A stretch of 64,000 nucleotides of DNA from positions 736,001-800,000 of the forward strand of contig CAVXRD010000001.1 of NCBI GenBank assembly GCA_963764165.1. The letters are read 5' to 3'. Position numbers and translations under genes: made by a program. This document shows, piece after piece, positions 48,432 to 56,927 of this stretch. Numbering within the stretch: the first letter of the stretch is position 1; every line of letters starts with the position of its first letter. The notes beneath the pieces are model-generated. The model was not told the DNA's origin and made no database searches. It saw only the letters and a program-made list of their open reading frames with translations. This DNA is from an uncultured Verrucomicrobiae bacterium (GTDB lineage Bacteria; Verrucomicrobiota; Verrucomicrobiia; Limisphaerales; Palsa-1400).

Positions 48432-49477
48432 CCGGCAATTCCACGGTTTCGCTCCGCGAAAAAATCGGGCAGATGCTGCTTGTCGGCTTTCGCGGATTGC
48501 AGGTCTCCAGCGGCGACCCCATTGCGCGCGATCTGGAAGAAGGCCGCGTCGGGTCGGTTATTCTATTTGACCAGGAAATGGCCGATCCGTCGATTCGCGT
48601 CCGCAATATTCAATCGCCAGAACAGGTGCGCGCGCTGACGGATTCGCTGCAAGAACGAGCGCGCGCGCCATTGCTGATAGCGATCGACCAGGAAGGCGGA
48701 CGGGTGAATCGCTTGAAGCCCGAGTATGGATTTCCGGCCACGCCTTCGCATGAGGAATTGGGACAGGCAGACGATGCCGCGCATACATTCGCCGAAGCGG
48801 CAAAGATTGCGGACACGCTCGCCACTGCGGGAATTAATTTCAACATCGCTCCGGTGGTCGATCTCGATGCGACGCCTGACAATCCCATCATCAAGGCAAA
48901 GAAACGCAGCTTCAGCGCGAACGCTGAGAAGGTCGCCCTCCACGCCGCGGAATTTGTGCGGGCGCACCGCCAGCATCGAGTCCTCACCTGCCTGAAACAT
49001 TTTCCCGGCCACGGCAGCGCTCGCGGCGATACGCATTTGGGTCTGGTGGACGTGACGCCGCATTGGACCGAAGATGAATTGATCCCCTACCGCTGGCTGG
49101 TCGACGCAAAATGCTGCGACACCATCATGACCGCGCATGTGTTCAATTCGCGCCTCGACGCTTCACGCCCGGCCACGCTATCGCCCGCCGTCGTCACCGG
49201 CATGCTGCGCCACAACATTGGTTTTAACGGTGTCGTGCTCAGTGACGACATGGAGATGCGCGCCATCTCGCGCCAATTCGGTTTGGAGCAGGCCATTCAA
49301 TACGGGATTGAAGCAGGATTGGATTTGCTGTGCTTCGGCAACAACATGAATTTCGACCCCCACATCGGCGAGAAGGCCGCCAACATCATTTATCAACTCG
49401 TCGACTCCGGGGCGGTCACCGAAGCGCGCATCGACGAATCGTTCCATCGAATCCGAGCACTGAAGCAAATTCTATGA
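48428..49477 (+). CDS. nagZ: GH3 beta-N-acetylhexosaminidase (NagZ-like)
   Basis: IDQEGGRV, APVVD, KHFPGHG-x4-DTH and SDDMEM; GTGA overlap with the MFS gene. Confidence 0.88.
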   Translation: MTGNSTVSLREKIGQMLLVGFRGLQVSSGDPIARDLEEGRVGSVILFDQEMADPSIRVRNIQSPEQVRALTDSLQERARAPLLIAIDQEGGRVNRLKPEYGFPATPSHEELGQADDAAHTFAEAAKIADTLATAGINFNIAPVVDLDATPDNPIIKAKKRSFSANAEKVALHAAEFVRAHRQHRVLTCLKHFPGHGSARGDTHLGLVDVTPHWTEDELIPYRWLVDAKCCDTIMTAHVFNSRLDASRPATLSPAVVTGMLRHNIGFNGVVLSDDMEMRAISRQFGLEQAIQYGIEAGLDLLCFGNNMNFDPHIGEKAANIIYQLVDSGAVTEARIDESFHRIRALKQIL

Positions 49478-49636
49478 AACTCGAAGAAATTTAACAGAAG
49501 GACATGAAGGGGGACGAAAACCACAGACGCTTTGTTCCCCCTTTGCGGGCCACACCAAGCCTTCTATGAACCGCGACGAGCCAGAATAGACTTCTTTCGT
49601 CATTGCAGACCTCACCCAATGAGTTACTATTTCGCG

Positions 49637-49792
49637 ATGAGTGCGGTGGCGGAAATTGAATCAGCGATTGAAAAACTCTCGCCTTCCGAAGTGAGGGAAC
49701 TGGCGGCGTGGCTGGATGAGTATCAGCAAATGATCAATGCTTCCTCTGAAATTTTTTCGCTTTATGATCAGGAGGAAGGGGCGAATTCGTAA
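49637..49792 (+). CDS. putative antitoxin, 51 aa
   Basis: MSAVAEIESAIEKLSPSEVRELAAWL with acidic tail; TAATG coupling to the toxin. Confidence 0.75.
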   Translation: MSAVAEIESAIEKLSPSEVRELAAWLDEYQQMINASSEIFSLYDQEEGANS

Positions 49793-50109
49793 TGCCGGTG
49801 GCCAGACGTGGCGAAATCTGGTTGGTGGATTTGGGGATGGCACAAAAAACACGACCGGCGGTCATTTTGAGTATTGCGTTTCTTGACCACGAACGAGCTG
49901 TCGCAACGTACGTTCCTCGCACCACTGTTCTTCGCGGAACGCGGTTTGAAGTTGCTCATCAGGCACGCGGATTTGAGCCGGGCGCATTCGACGCCCAAGG
50001 GATTGGCGGCGTGCCACTCGTCAAGCTGGTTCGCAACTTGGGGTTTCTCGATTCGGAAAACCTTGAAAGAGTGGAACTCGCTGTCAAGAACTGGCTCGGA
50101 CTGCGTTGA
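49792..50109 (+). CDS. mazF: PemK/MazF-family toxin
   Basis: RRGEIWLVDLG, KTRPAVILS, VPRTT and C-terminal LG.L...VK.WLGL. Confidence 0.88.
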   Translation: MPVARRGEIWLVDLGMAQKTRPAVILSIAFLDHERAVATYVPRTTVLRGTRFEVAHQARGFEPGAFDAQGIGGVPLVKLVRNLGFLDSENLERVELAVKNWLGLR

Positions 50110-50277
50110 TGCCTGATCGAAGCGCACCTCCAATACATCTGCATTCCGCAAGCAATTCCTAACCGCCGCATCCAATTCTTTGAGCGTCCGTGCATCTTCC
50201 TCAACGCAGCCCTGGTTTTGCATTGTCATTGGTGGCGTCATCAGGCACTGTCGCCACCAACCAGCGAAAGGACAGCT

Positions 50278-51504
50278 ATGCGTTTTTGCGGAATGATTTC
50301 AGCAGCCGGTTTCGTCGCGTTGACGATCGCCACCACTTCCACACGCGCCCAGGATTGGCCGCAATGGCGCGGGCCCAATGGGGATGCTCGTGTCACGGGC
50401 TTCGAGGCTCCCAAAGCGTGGCCGCAGGCGCTTCATCAACAATGGAAAGTCACCGTGGGCCAGGCCGACGCCACACCCGCGCTGGCGGGCGGCAAACTCT
50501 ACGTTTTTTCCCGGGCCGAGGACAATGAAGTCATCCGCTGCCTTGACGCCGCCACCGGCAAGGAACTTTGGAGCGACAAGTACGAGACGATGGCAGCGAC
50601 CGGCGCGGCCGGGTCGCATCCCGGCCCGCGAAGCTCGCCCACACTGGCGGATGGGAAGGTGGTTACTTTTGGCGTGCGCGGCACATTGTCGTGCTATGAG
50701 GCAGCGAGTGGGAAAATGCTTTGGCGCAAAGATGATTTGCATGGCTGGCCCAAATTCTTCACCTCGGCTTCGCCGCTGGTGACGGATGGAATGTGCATCG
50801 CCCAAATCGGTTCTCCAACCAACGGCGCCATCGTCGCTTATGACCTTGCGACTGGCGCGCAAAAATGGCGCTGGGACGGAGACGGTCCCGGCTACGCCTC
50901 GCCGGCAGCGATGACCGTTGGCGGCACGAGGCTCGTCGTCGCGCAAACGGATAAACGCGTCGTCGCAGTCAGCTTGGCGGATGGAAAACTCGTTTGGGAA
51001 ACGCCGTTTGCTCCCTCGGGAATGGGCGGCGCAAATTGCATCACCCCCGTCATTGATGGCCAGACGATTATATATAGTGGCTCAGGTCGTGGAACCATCG
51101 CAGTGAAACTCGACAAAACGGGTGAGACGTTTGCCGCAACACCGGTCTGGACGAATAAGGAGATTGCGCCGCGCTTTTGCACGCCGGTTTTGAAAGACGG
51201 CTTTCTGTACGGCATTGGTGATAATAAATCCGGGTTCTATTGCATGGATGCCAAGACGGGCAAAACCGCCTGGTCGGATCCGACCGCCCGAGGTCCATTT
51301 GGCTCCATTTTGGACGCGGGTTCGACGCTCATCGCGCTGACTCCGAAACAGCAATTGATCGTTATTCAACCCAGCGAAAAAGCTTACAACGAAGTCGCGA
51401 GCATCAAAGTCGCCGACAGCGACACTTATTCGCAGCCGGTGCTGGCCGGAAAGCGTCTCTACATTGAAGACCAGAATTCGGTGATCCTTTGGACGTTGGA
51501 TTGA
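50278..51504 (+). CDS. PQQ-binding-like beta-propeller protein (PVC type)
   Basis: Signal peptide, DWPQWRGPN and repeated LDA.TGKELW blades. Confidence 0.9.
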   Translation: MRFCGMISAAGFVALTIATTSTRAQDWPQWRGPNGDARVTGFEAPKAWPQALHQQWKVTVGQADATPALAGGKLYVFSRAEDNEVIRCLDAATGKELWSDKYETMAATGAAGSHPGPRSSPTLADGKVVTFGVRGTLSCYEAASGKMLWRKDDLHGWPKFFTSASPLVTDGMCIAQIGSPTNGAIVAYDLATGAQKWRWDGDGPGYASPAAMTVGGTRLVVAQTDKRVVAVSLADGKLVWETPFAPSGMGGANCITPVIDGQTIIYSGSGRGTIAVKLDKTGETFAATPVWTNKEIAPRFCTPVLKDGFLYGIGDNKSGFYCMDAKTGKTAWSDPTARGPFGSILDAGSTLIALTPKQQLIVIQPSEKAYNEVASIKVADSDTYSQPVLAGKRLYIEDQNSVILWTLD

Positions 51505-51514
51505 CCGAAATCTC

Positions 51515-51585
51515 GGCAGGGCGAGACGCGGTCGAGCCCATTTCTAAAACAATCCAATCAGGGCTCGACGGAGTCTCGCCCTACC
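51515..51585. repeat. REP doublet, family B
   Basis: GGCAGGGCGAGACGCGGTCGAGCCC ... GGGCTCGACGGAGTCTCGCCCTACC. Confidence 0.8.
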
Positions 51586-51679
51586 ATCTGGCAAGAAACG
51601 ACTTTCGCGCGTATTCTAATTGAGTAGGCTGGAGGTGTGTTTTGTTGTTGGCGATAAATTCCTGAGAAATGTGAATATA

Positions 51680-52768
51680 ATGAATCGAATTGGCAGTTGT
51701 TCTGGGGCAATTTTATTGGCGCTCATCATTCCCTCCGTGGCGGGTGATCAAATTACGGTCTACACCGCGCCGAAAGATCGCCCGGCGATGGCGGCGGGGG
51801 CTCCGAATATTCCTGTCAATTCCTCGCCCATCCACTGGACGACTCCGGCGGGATGGGACGAGAAACCGGCGGACGGAATTCGTCTCGGGAGCTTTGCTAT
51901 AAAAAGTCCAGCGGGCGGGCGCGCGGAGGTTGCCATTACGTCGTTTCCCGGTTCGGTCGGGACGGAATTGGATAATGTCAACCGCTGGCGGGGTGAACTT
52001 GGGATGCAACCCACAGGTCCCGACGGAGTCACGTCGGAGCCCGTCACCGTCGATGGGATCGCTGGCAAACTTTACAATTTGGGAAATGATTCCGCGCGCA
52101 CCATGGTCGCGGTCATCATGCGGGAGGGAAGTTCTTGGTATCTCAAATTGCGCGGCGATGCCCCGGCGGTTGCGGCGGCGGCTCCCGCGTTCATGGAATT
52201 TCTGAAATCGGTTCGGTTCGGCGGCCCGGCAACCTCTCCCGTTCCCGGCGAAGCACCCGCCACTGCTCCAATGGCTGTCGATATGAAGTCACCGGCCTTG
52301 CCCCCCGGCCATTCCGACACGGCGGAGACCGATGATTCGGCGAATACGCCCCAGTGGAAAATTCCCGCCGATTGGACGCCGGCTCCGTCGCGCCCGATGC
52401 TTTTCAAAGTATTCACCCTCGCTGGAGAAGCCGACGCCAAGGCAGAAGTGACGATTAGCTTTTTCCAGGGCGAAGTCGGCGGCATGCTGCTGAATGTGAA
52501 CCGCTGGCGTGGACAATTGGGCCAGCCGCCCATCGACCAGGCGCAGCTTGACTCCGTATTGGATTTGATCAGCACGGCGGAAGGCAAAGCGACGATGGTG
52601 GATTTCACCGGCACCGATATCAAAACCGGCGCCCCGGCGCGCCTCGTCGCGGCCATCGTTCCGCACGCCGGCTACACATGGTTTTACAAGCTGATGGGCA
52701 ATGGCAAGCTCGTTGGCAGCCAGAAAGATAGCTTTGTGCAATTCGTCAAAACCGTGCATTATCGCTGA
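51680..52768 (+). CDS. exported protein with a duplicated domain, first gene of the ccs operon
   Basis: Two repeats: W..P..W, NVNRWRGELG / NVNRWRGQLG and WYLKLRG / WFYKLMG. Confidence 0.8.
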   Translation: MNRIGSCSGAILLALIIPSVAGDQITVYTAPKDRPAMAAGAPNIPVNSSPIHWTTPAGWDEKPADGIRLGSFAIKSPAGGRAEVAITSFPGSVGTELDNVNRWRGELGMQPTGPDGVTSEPVTVDGIAGKLYNLGNDSARTMVAVIMREGSSWYLKLRGDAPAVAAAAPAFMEFLKSVRFGGPATSPVPGEAPATAPMAVDMKSPALPPGHSDTAETDDSANTPQWKIPADWTPAPSRPMLFKVFTLAGEADAKAEVTISFFQGEVGGMLLNVNRWRGQLGQPPIDQAQLDSVLDLISTAEGKATMVDFTGTDIKTGAPARLVAAIVPHAGYTWFYKLMGNGKLVGSQKDSFVQFVKTVHYR

Positions 52769-52775
52769 GATTTTT

Positions 52776-54092
52776 ATGGTCGATCGATTCATTAACTTCT
52801 TCACCTCGCTGCGCCTGACGGTGGTTTGCCTGGCGCTGGCGATTGTGCTGGTGTTCGTCGGGACGCTGGCGCAGGTGGATCTCGGCCTTTACGCGACGCA
52901 GGAAAAATTCTTCCGCAGCTTCTTCGTTTTTTGGACGCCAGGCGGCACGAGCCTGAAAATTCCCGTCATGCCTGGCGGCTGGCTGCTGGGGCTGCTGCTG
53001 CTGGTGAATCTTATCGCGGCGCACATCAAGCGCTTCAACTTTTCGCGCAAAAAAATCGGCATCTTGTGCATTCACGCGGGTTTGATCCTGCTGCTCAGCG
53101 GGCAATTTCTGACGGAACTTTTCCAGCAGGAAAGCCAGATGCGCCTCGAGCCCGGCGATACCAAATTTTATTCCGAGAGCGGGCGCAAATATGAATTGGC
53201 GGTGATCGATACGACGGATTCAAAATCGGACCACGTCGTGGCCATTCCCGAATCGTTGCTGGAAAAGGGCGGCGATATCAAGACGCCAGAGTTGCCTTTC
53301 ACGCTCAAAGTCAAAAAATTCTACACCAATTCGGTTCCGGACGGACCCGTGACCGCTGGGCCGGAAAGAATTGGCTCCACCAATGAGATTACGAAGATGC
53401 TGCTGTTTTCGCCGACCAATGAGACGCGGACGATGGACACGGTGGACGTGCCCTCGGCTTTGGTGCAGGTGGAAACGGACAAGGGTGTGCTGGGCGAATT
53501 TGCGGTGTCGGCGTGGCTGACCAAGTATCCATTCTTCGTGAATTTCACCAACATGAGCCGCTTTGCGCCGGCCTCGAAACGAAACGATGCGCCGCCCGAT
53601 GCGACCGTTCCACAGTCCTTCGCCTTTAACGGCCGCACCTACACAATTGCCCTGCGTCCGGTGCGCTATTACAATCCCTACAGCGTCCGCCTGATCGCCT
53701 TCAACCACGATCTCTATCCCGGCACCGACACGCCGATCAATTTCTCCAGCAAAATTCATTTGAATGACCCGTCGACTGGCGATGATCGCGACATCTTGAT
53801 TTACATGAACAATCCGCTGCGTTATCGCGGGGCCACGTTTTTCCAGGCGAGTTTCGAGCGGGGCGACGCGGGCACCATTCTCCAGGTTGTGCATAACCCG
53901 GCCTCGCTGGCGCCTTACATCGCGTGCTCGCTGGTGGCGCTTGGGCTGGTGATTCATTTTCTTATGACGCTGTTTGGATTCGCCCGCAAACAAATGCAAA
54001 AACCCGGGACGGCCACTTCCGCTCCCAAAAAAGTAAACGGCGCCAAGGCGCTTGAGCCAGCGATGGCCGCTTCCAAAGGGAGGAACGCTTGA
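52776..54092 (+). CDS. resB: cytochrome c biogenesis protein ResB/CcsB
   Basis: SLRLTV, GTLAQ, HAGLILLL, YPGT..P.NFSS and IYMNNPLRYRG.TFFQAS. Confidence 0.88.
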   Translation: MVDRFINFFTSLRLTVVCLALAIVLVFVGTLAQVDLGLYATQEKFFRSFFVFWTPGGTSLKIPVMPGGWLLGLLLLVNLIAAHIKRFNFSRKKIGILCIHAGLILLLSGQFLTELFQQESQMRLEPGDTKFYSESGRKYELAVIDTTDSKSDHVVAIPESLLEKGGDIKTPELPFTLKVKKFYTNSVPDGPVTAGPERIGSTNEITKMLLFSPTNETRTMDTVDVPSALVQVETDKGVLGEFAVSAWLTKYPFFVNFTNMSRFAPASKRNDAPPDATVPQSFAFNGRTYTIALRPVRYYNPYSVRLIAFNHDLYPGTDTPINFSSKIHLNDPSTGDDRDILIYMNNPLRYRGATFFQASFERGDAGTILQVVHNPASLAPYIACSLVALGLVIHFLMTLFGFARKQMQKPGTATSAPKKVNGAKALEPAMAASKGRNA

Positions 54093-56002
54093 AAAAATGG
54101 ATTCCGCTGGTTGTGGCTTTGATTTTCGCGGGTTGGTTTTTGGGCGGATTTTCCGAGCCGAAATCCAAAGACGGATTTAATTACGCGGCCTTCGGCCGGC
54201 TGCCGGTTTTGCTCGAGGGGCGCATTCAGCCGTTTGACGGGGTGGCGCGGAATTCCCTTCTGAGCATGAGCGGGCTTTCGGAAGTCAAGTTGACGAATGG
54301 CGAATCAATCGCCGCCACCAAATGGCTGCTGCTTTCCATGACGCGCCCGGAGGAAGCGGATAAGCTGCCGATTTTCCGCATTACACATCCTGACCTCGAA
54401 GGATTGCTCGGAACGGAAAAAATGGGGCTGGGATATTATTCGTTCAACGATTTGACGAATCAATTTCCGTCCATTTCCGAGCAGGCGCGAAAGCTGGCGG
54501 AGCGGGAGAAAGACGACCCCGATGCGGCGAAATCCAGGACGCCCTTTGAGAAGGATTTGATGCATGTGTATGGCAGCGTGCAGACTTACATGCGCATCAA
54601 GAGCACGCTTGAGCCGGAAGGCACGGCCGACTTTTCGCGCGAGGTGGCGGTTTATCAGCAGTCGATTGCCCCCGGGCGGGCGGCGCTCGACGCCACCCAG
54701 CAGGGCAAAACCGCGAACCAGGAAGACATGGAACGCATCGCGGCTTTCTTCAAGCGCTACGATCAGTTTGCTGAATTCGCCTACGCGATGGTGATTCCGC
54801 CGCTGGCCTCCGAACCGCGCACCGACTGGCGCAATATGGGAACTTCGCTGAAGGAAACGCTTCGCTCGGGAGAAGTGAGTGCGGCCGTCACGGATTACGC
54901 GGCGATTGCGGATGCCTACCACACCAATAATCCGGCGCAATTCAATCAAGCCGTGGCCAATTACCGCGCCTGGATGCAGGGCAACGGGCTCCACGCTGAA
55001 CTCAAGCAAAGCGGCGACGAGGCGCTGTTCGACCAAGTCGCGCCGTTCCTGAAGAGCATGGCGATTTACCTCGCGGCGATGGTGGCGGGATGCCTTTTCT
55101 GGATCAATTTGTCGCAGCCGGTGCGGCAGACGGGCTTCGCGCTTCTGGTGCTCGCGTTCATTATTCATTCCGTGAGCCTCGTGGTTCGCATGTATTTGAC
55201 AGGCCATCCGCCGGTGATCAACTTGTATTCCTCGGCGATTTTCATCGGCTGGGCGGCGTGCCTCTTCGGGCTTTTTCTGGAGCGCATTTTCAAAGACGGC
55301 ATCGGGCTGGTGGTGGCGGGATTTATCGGCTTCGCGACCTTGATTATCGCGCATCATCTGGCGATGGGTGGCGACACCATGGAACCGCTGCAAGCCGTGC
55401 TGCTCTCGAATGGCTGGCTTGCGACACATGTGGTGGTCGTCACGCTCGGTTATGCTTCGATGTTTGTGGCTGGATTGGCGGCGATTATTTATGTCGTGCG
55501 CGGTTTCTTCACAACGTCACTCTCGGCGGAGATGGGCAAGAGGCTGGCGCGAATTGTTTATGGCGTAGTTTGTTTTGCGACGCTGTTCAGTTTCGTCGGC
55601 ACGATTCTAGGCGGCATCTGGGCCGACCAATCCTGGGGCAGATTCTGGGGCTGGGATCCGAAGGAGAACGGCGCCTTGCTGATCGTGCTCTGGAACGCCG
55701 TGATTCTGCACGCGCGCTGGGGCGGGATGATCCGCGAGCGCGGCATCGTGGCCATGGCCATCGTCGGCAACATCATCACCAGCTTTTCGTGGTTTGGCGT
55801 GAACATGCTTGGCATCGGCTTGCATTCTTACGGGTTTATGGACAAGGCGTTTCCGTGGCTGGTGGGGTTCGACATCAGCCAGGCAATGCTTCTCGTCGTG
55901 ACCTTGCTGCCGCTGCATTATTGGGCGAGTTTCAACAAGTCCGCCGCGCCCAAGCCGCCATCCGGCCCCTCCCTTCCAACTCCTTCTGCTATTGCCTCTT
56001 AA
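54089..56002 (+). CDS. ccsA: cytochrome c biogenesis protein CcsA with N-terminal periplasmic domain
   Basis: WWD motif WADQSWGRFWGWDPKE, WLATHV and GLHSYG. Confidence 0.95.
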   Translation: MKKWIPLVVALIFAGWFLGGFSEPKSKDGFNYAAFGRLPVLLEGRIQPFDGVARNSLLSMSGLSEVKLTNGESIAATKWLLLSMTRPEEADKLPIFRITHPDLEGLLGTEKMGLGYYSFNDLTNQFPSISEQARKLAEREKDDPDAAKSRTPFEKDLMHVYGSVQTYMRIKSTLEPEGTADFSREVAVYQQSIAPGRAALDATQQGKTANQEDMERIAAFFKRYDQFAEFAYAMVIPPLASEPRTDWRNMGTSLKETLRSGEVSAAVTDYAAIADAYHTNNPAQFNQAVANYRAWMQGNGLHAELKQSGDEALFDQVAPFLKSMAIYLAAMVAGCLFWINLSQPVRQTGFALLVLAFIIHSVSLVVRMYLTGHPPVINLYSSAIFIGWAACLFGLFLERIFKDGIGLVVAGFIGFATLIIAHHLAMGGDTMEPLQAVLLSNGWLATHVVVVTLGYASMFVAGLAAIIYVVRGFFTTSLSAEMGKRLARIVYGVVCFATLFSFVGTILGGIWADQSWGRFWGWDPKENGALLIVLWNAVILHARWGGMIRERGIVAMAIVGNIITSFSWFGVNMLGIGLHSYGFMDKAFPWLVGFDISQAMLLVVTLLPLHYWASFNKSAAPKPPSGPSLPTPSAIAS

Positions 56003-56026
56003 TCGGCGAAGCGACAAGCTGGGCGC

Positions 56027-56731
56027 ATGACGGTCAATCCTGTTCGATGGCTGCTGTGTTTGCTGGCGATGGCTATGCTGCTGGCGCCAGTGCCTGCCCG
56101 CGCCACCGACGCGCGCCTGCCCTACAGCCTGCTTCTCACGATGCAAAAGACGCAATTAAAGCTGTCCCAGGAACACACTAATTTGACACTCGTTCTTCAA
56201 ATCCGCTCGATCAATCCCGAAGTCAAGTATAGCGAAGTTTCTGTGCATATCGATTCAAAATCGGGGAAAGTGCCGATTCCTGTGCTGGCGGAGGGCGTTT
56301 TCACTGTCCCCATCCGCGACGATTTGGTTGCCGAGAATCCGTGGGTTATTGTGAACCAGCCGGCAGGCACGATGGAATTAAGCTGGCACGCCGGGCTTGC
56401 GCCAGCGGTGGCGAAGGAGATGACCAATTCGATTCATTACGGAAAACTGATGCGCGCCGTCCAGGAAATCGAGGGAGTGCAGGAATCGATGCGGCAATTT
56501 TTCCCAAACGCCCCGCGCCTGATCGCCATTGGTGTGAGGCTCACGTTTCACCACGATTCAATAGCGCCCGCCGCCAGAATCCATACCAAAGACGGCCTCC
56601 GCCTGCTCACCGCCGACCACGATAATCAGTTGATTATCCCGATGGTGCAGGACCTCATGCAAGAGGACCCGGTTCTAAACCTGACGGAAAACCCGATCGC
56701 GATTGAGATTGTGACGCGGAAAGAGGAATAA
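56027..56731 (+). CDS. exported hypothetical protein (DUF2987-like, tentative)
   Basis: Signal peptide; LVAENP.V.VNQP.G segment. Confidence 0.7.
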   Translation: MTVNPVRWLLCLLAMAMLLAPVPARATDARLPYSLLLTMQKTQLKLSQEHTNLTLVLQIRSINPEVKYSEVSVHIDSKSGKVPIPVLAEGVFTVPIRDDLVAENPWVIVNQPAGTMELSWHAGLAPAVAKEMTNSIHYGKLMRAVQEIEGVQESMRQFFPNAPRLIAIGVRLTFHHDSIAPAARIHTKDGLRLLTADHDNQLIIPMVQDLMQEDPVLNLTENPIAIEIVTRKEE

Positions 56732-56917
56732 TCTGGAAATCAGGAAGGCAGGAAAAGGGCTCTGGAAATATTTTACGGCCACAGGCCAACGCGATGGGAC
56801 TTATAGGACCTACCCGTCCTATAGGACGCATACGACTAATGAACTGAATCCCGCAAATTCTCCACTCGCGCGACACCTTTTCCGGCCTCTTTTCCAGAGT
56901 TCCTGATTTCCAGATTA
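56729..56917. repeat. inverted periodic repeat enclosing ATAGGAC repeats
   Basis: TAATCTGGAAATCAGGAA versus TTCCTGATTTCCAGATTA, between convergent genes. Confidence 0.75.
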
Positions 56918-56927
56918 AAAATTCCCG

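Noticed and set aside
51668..51686. Rex box before the ccs operon
   Set aside because: Only the left half-site (TGTGAA) matches
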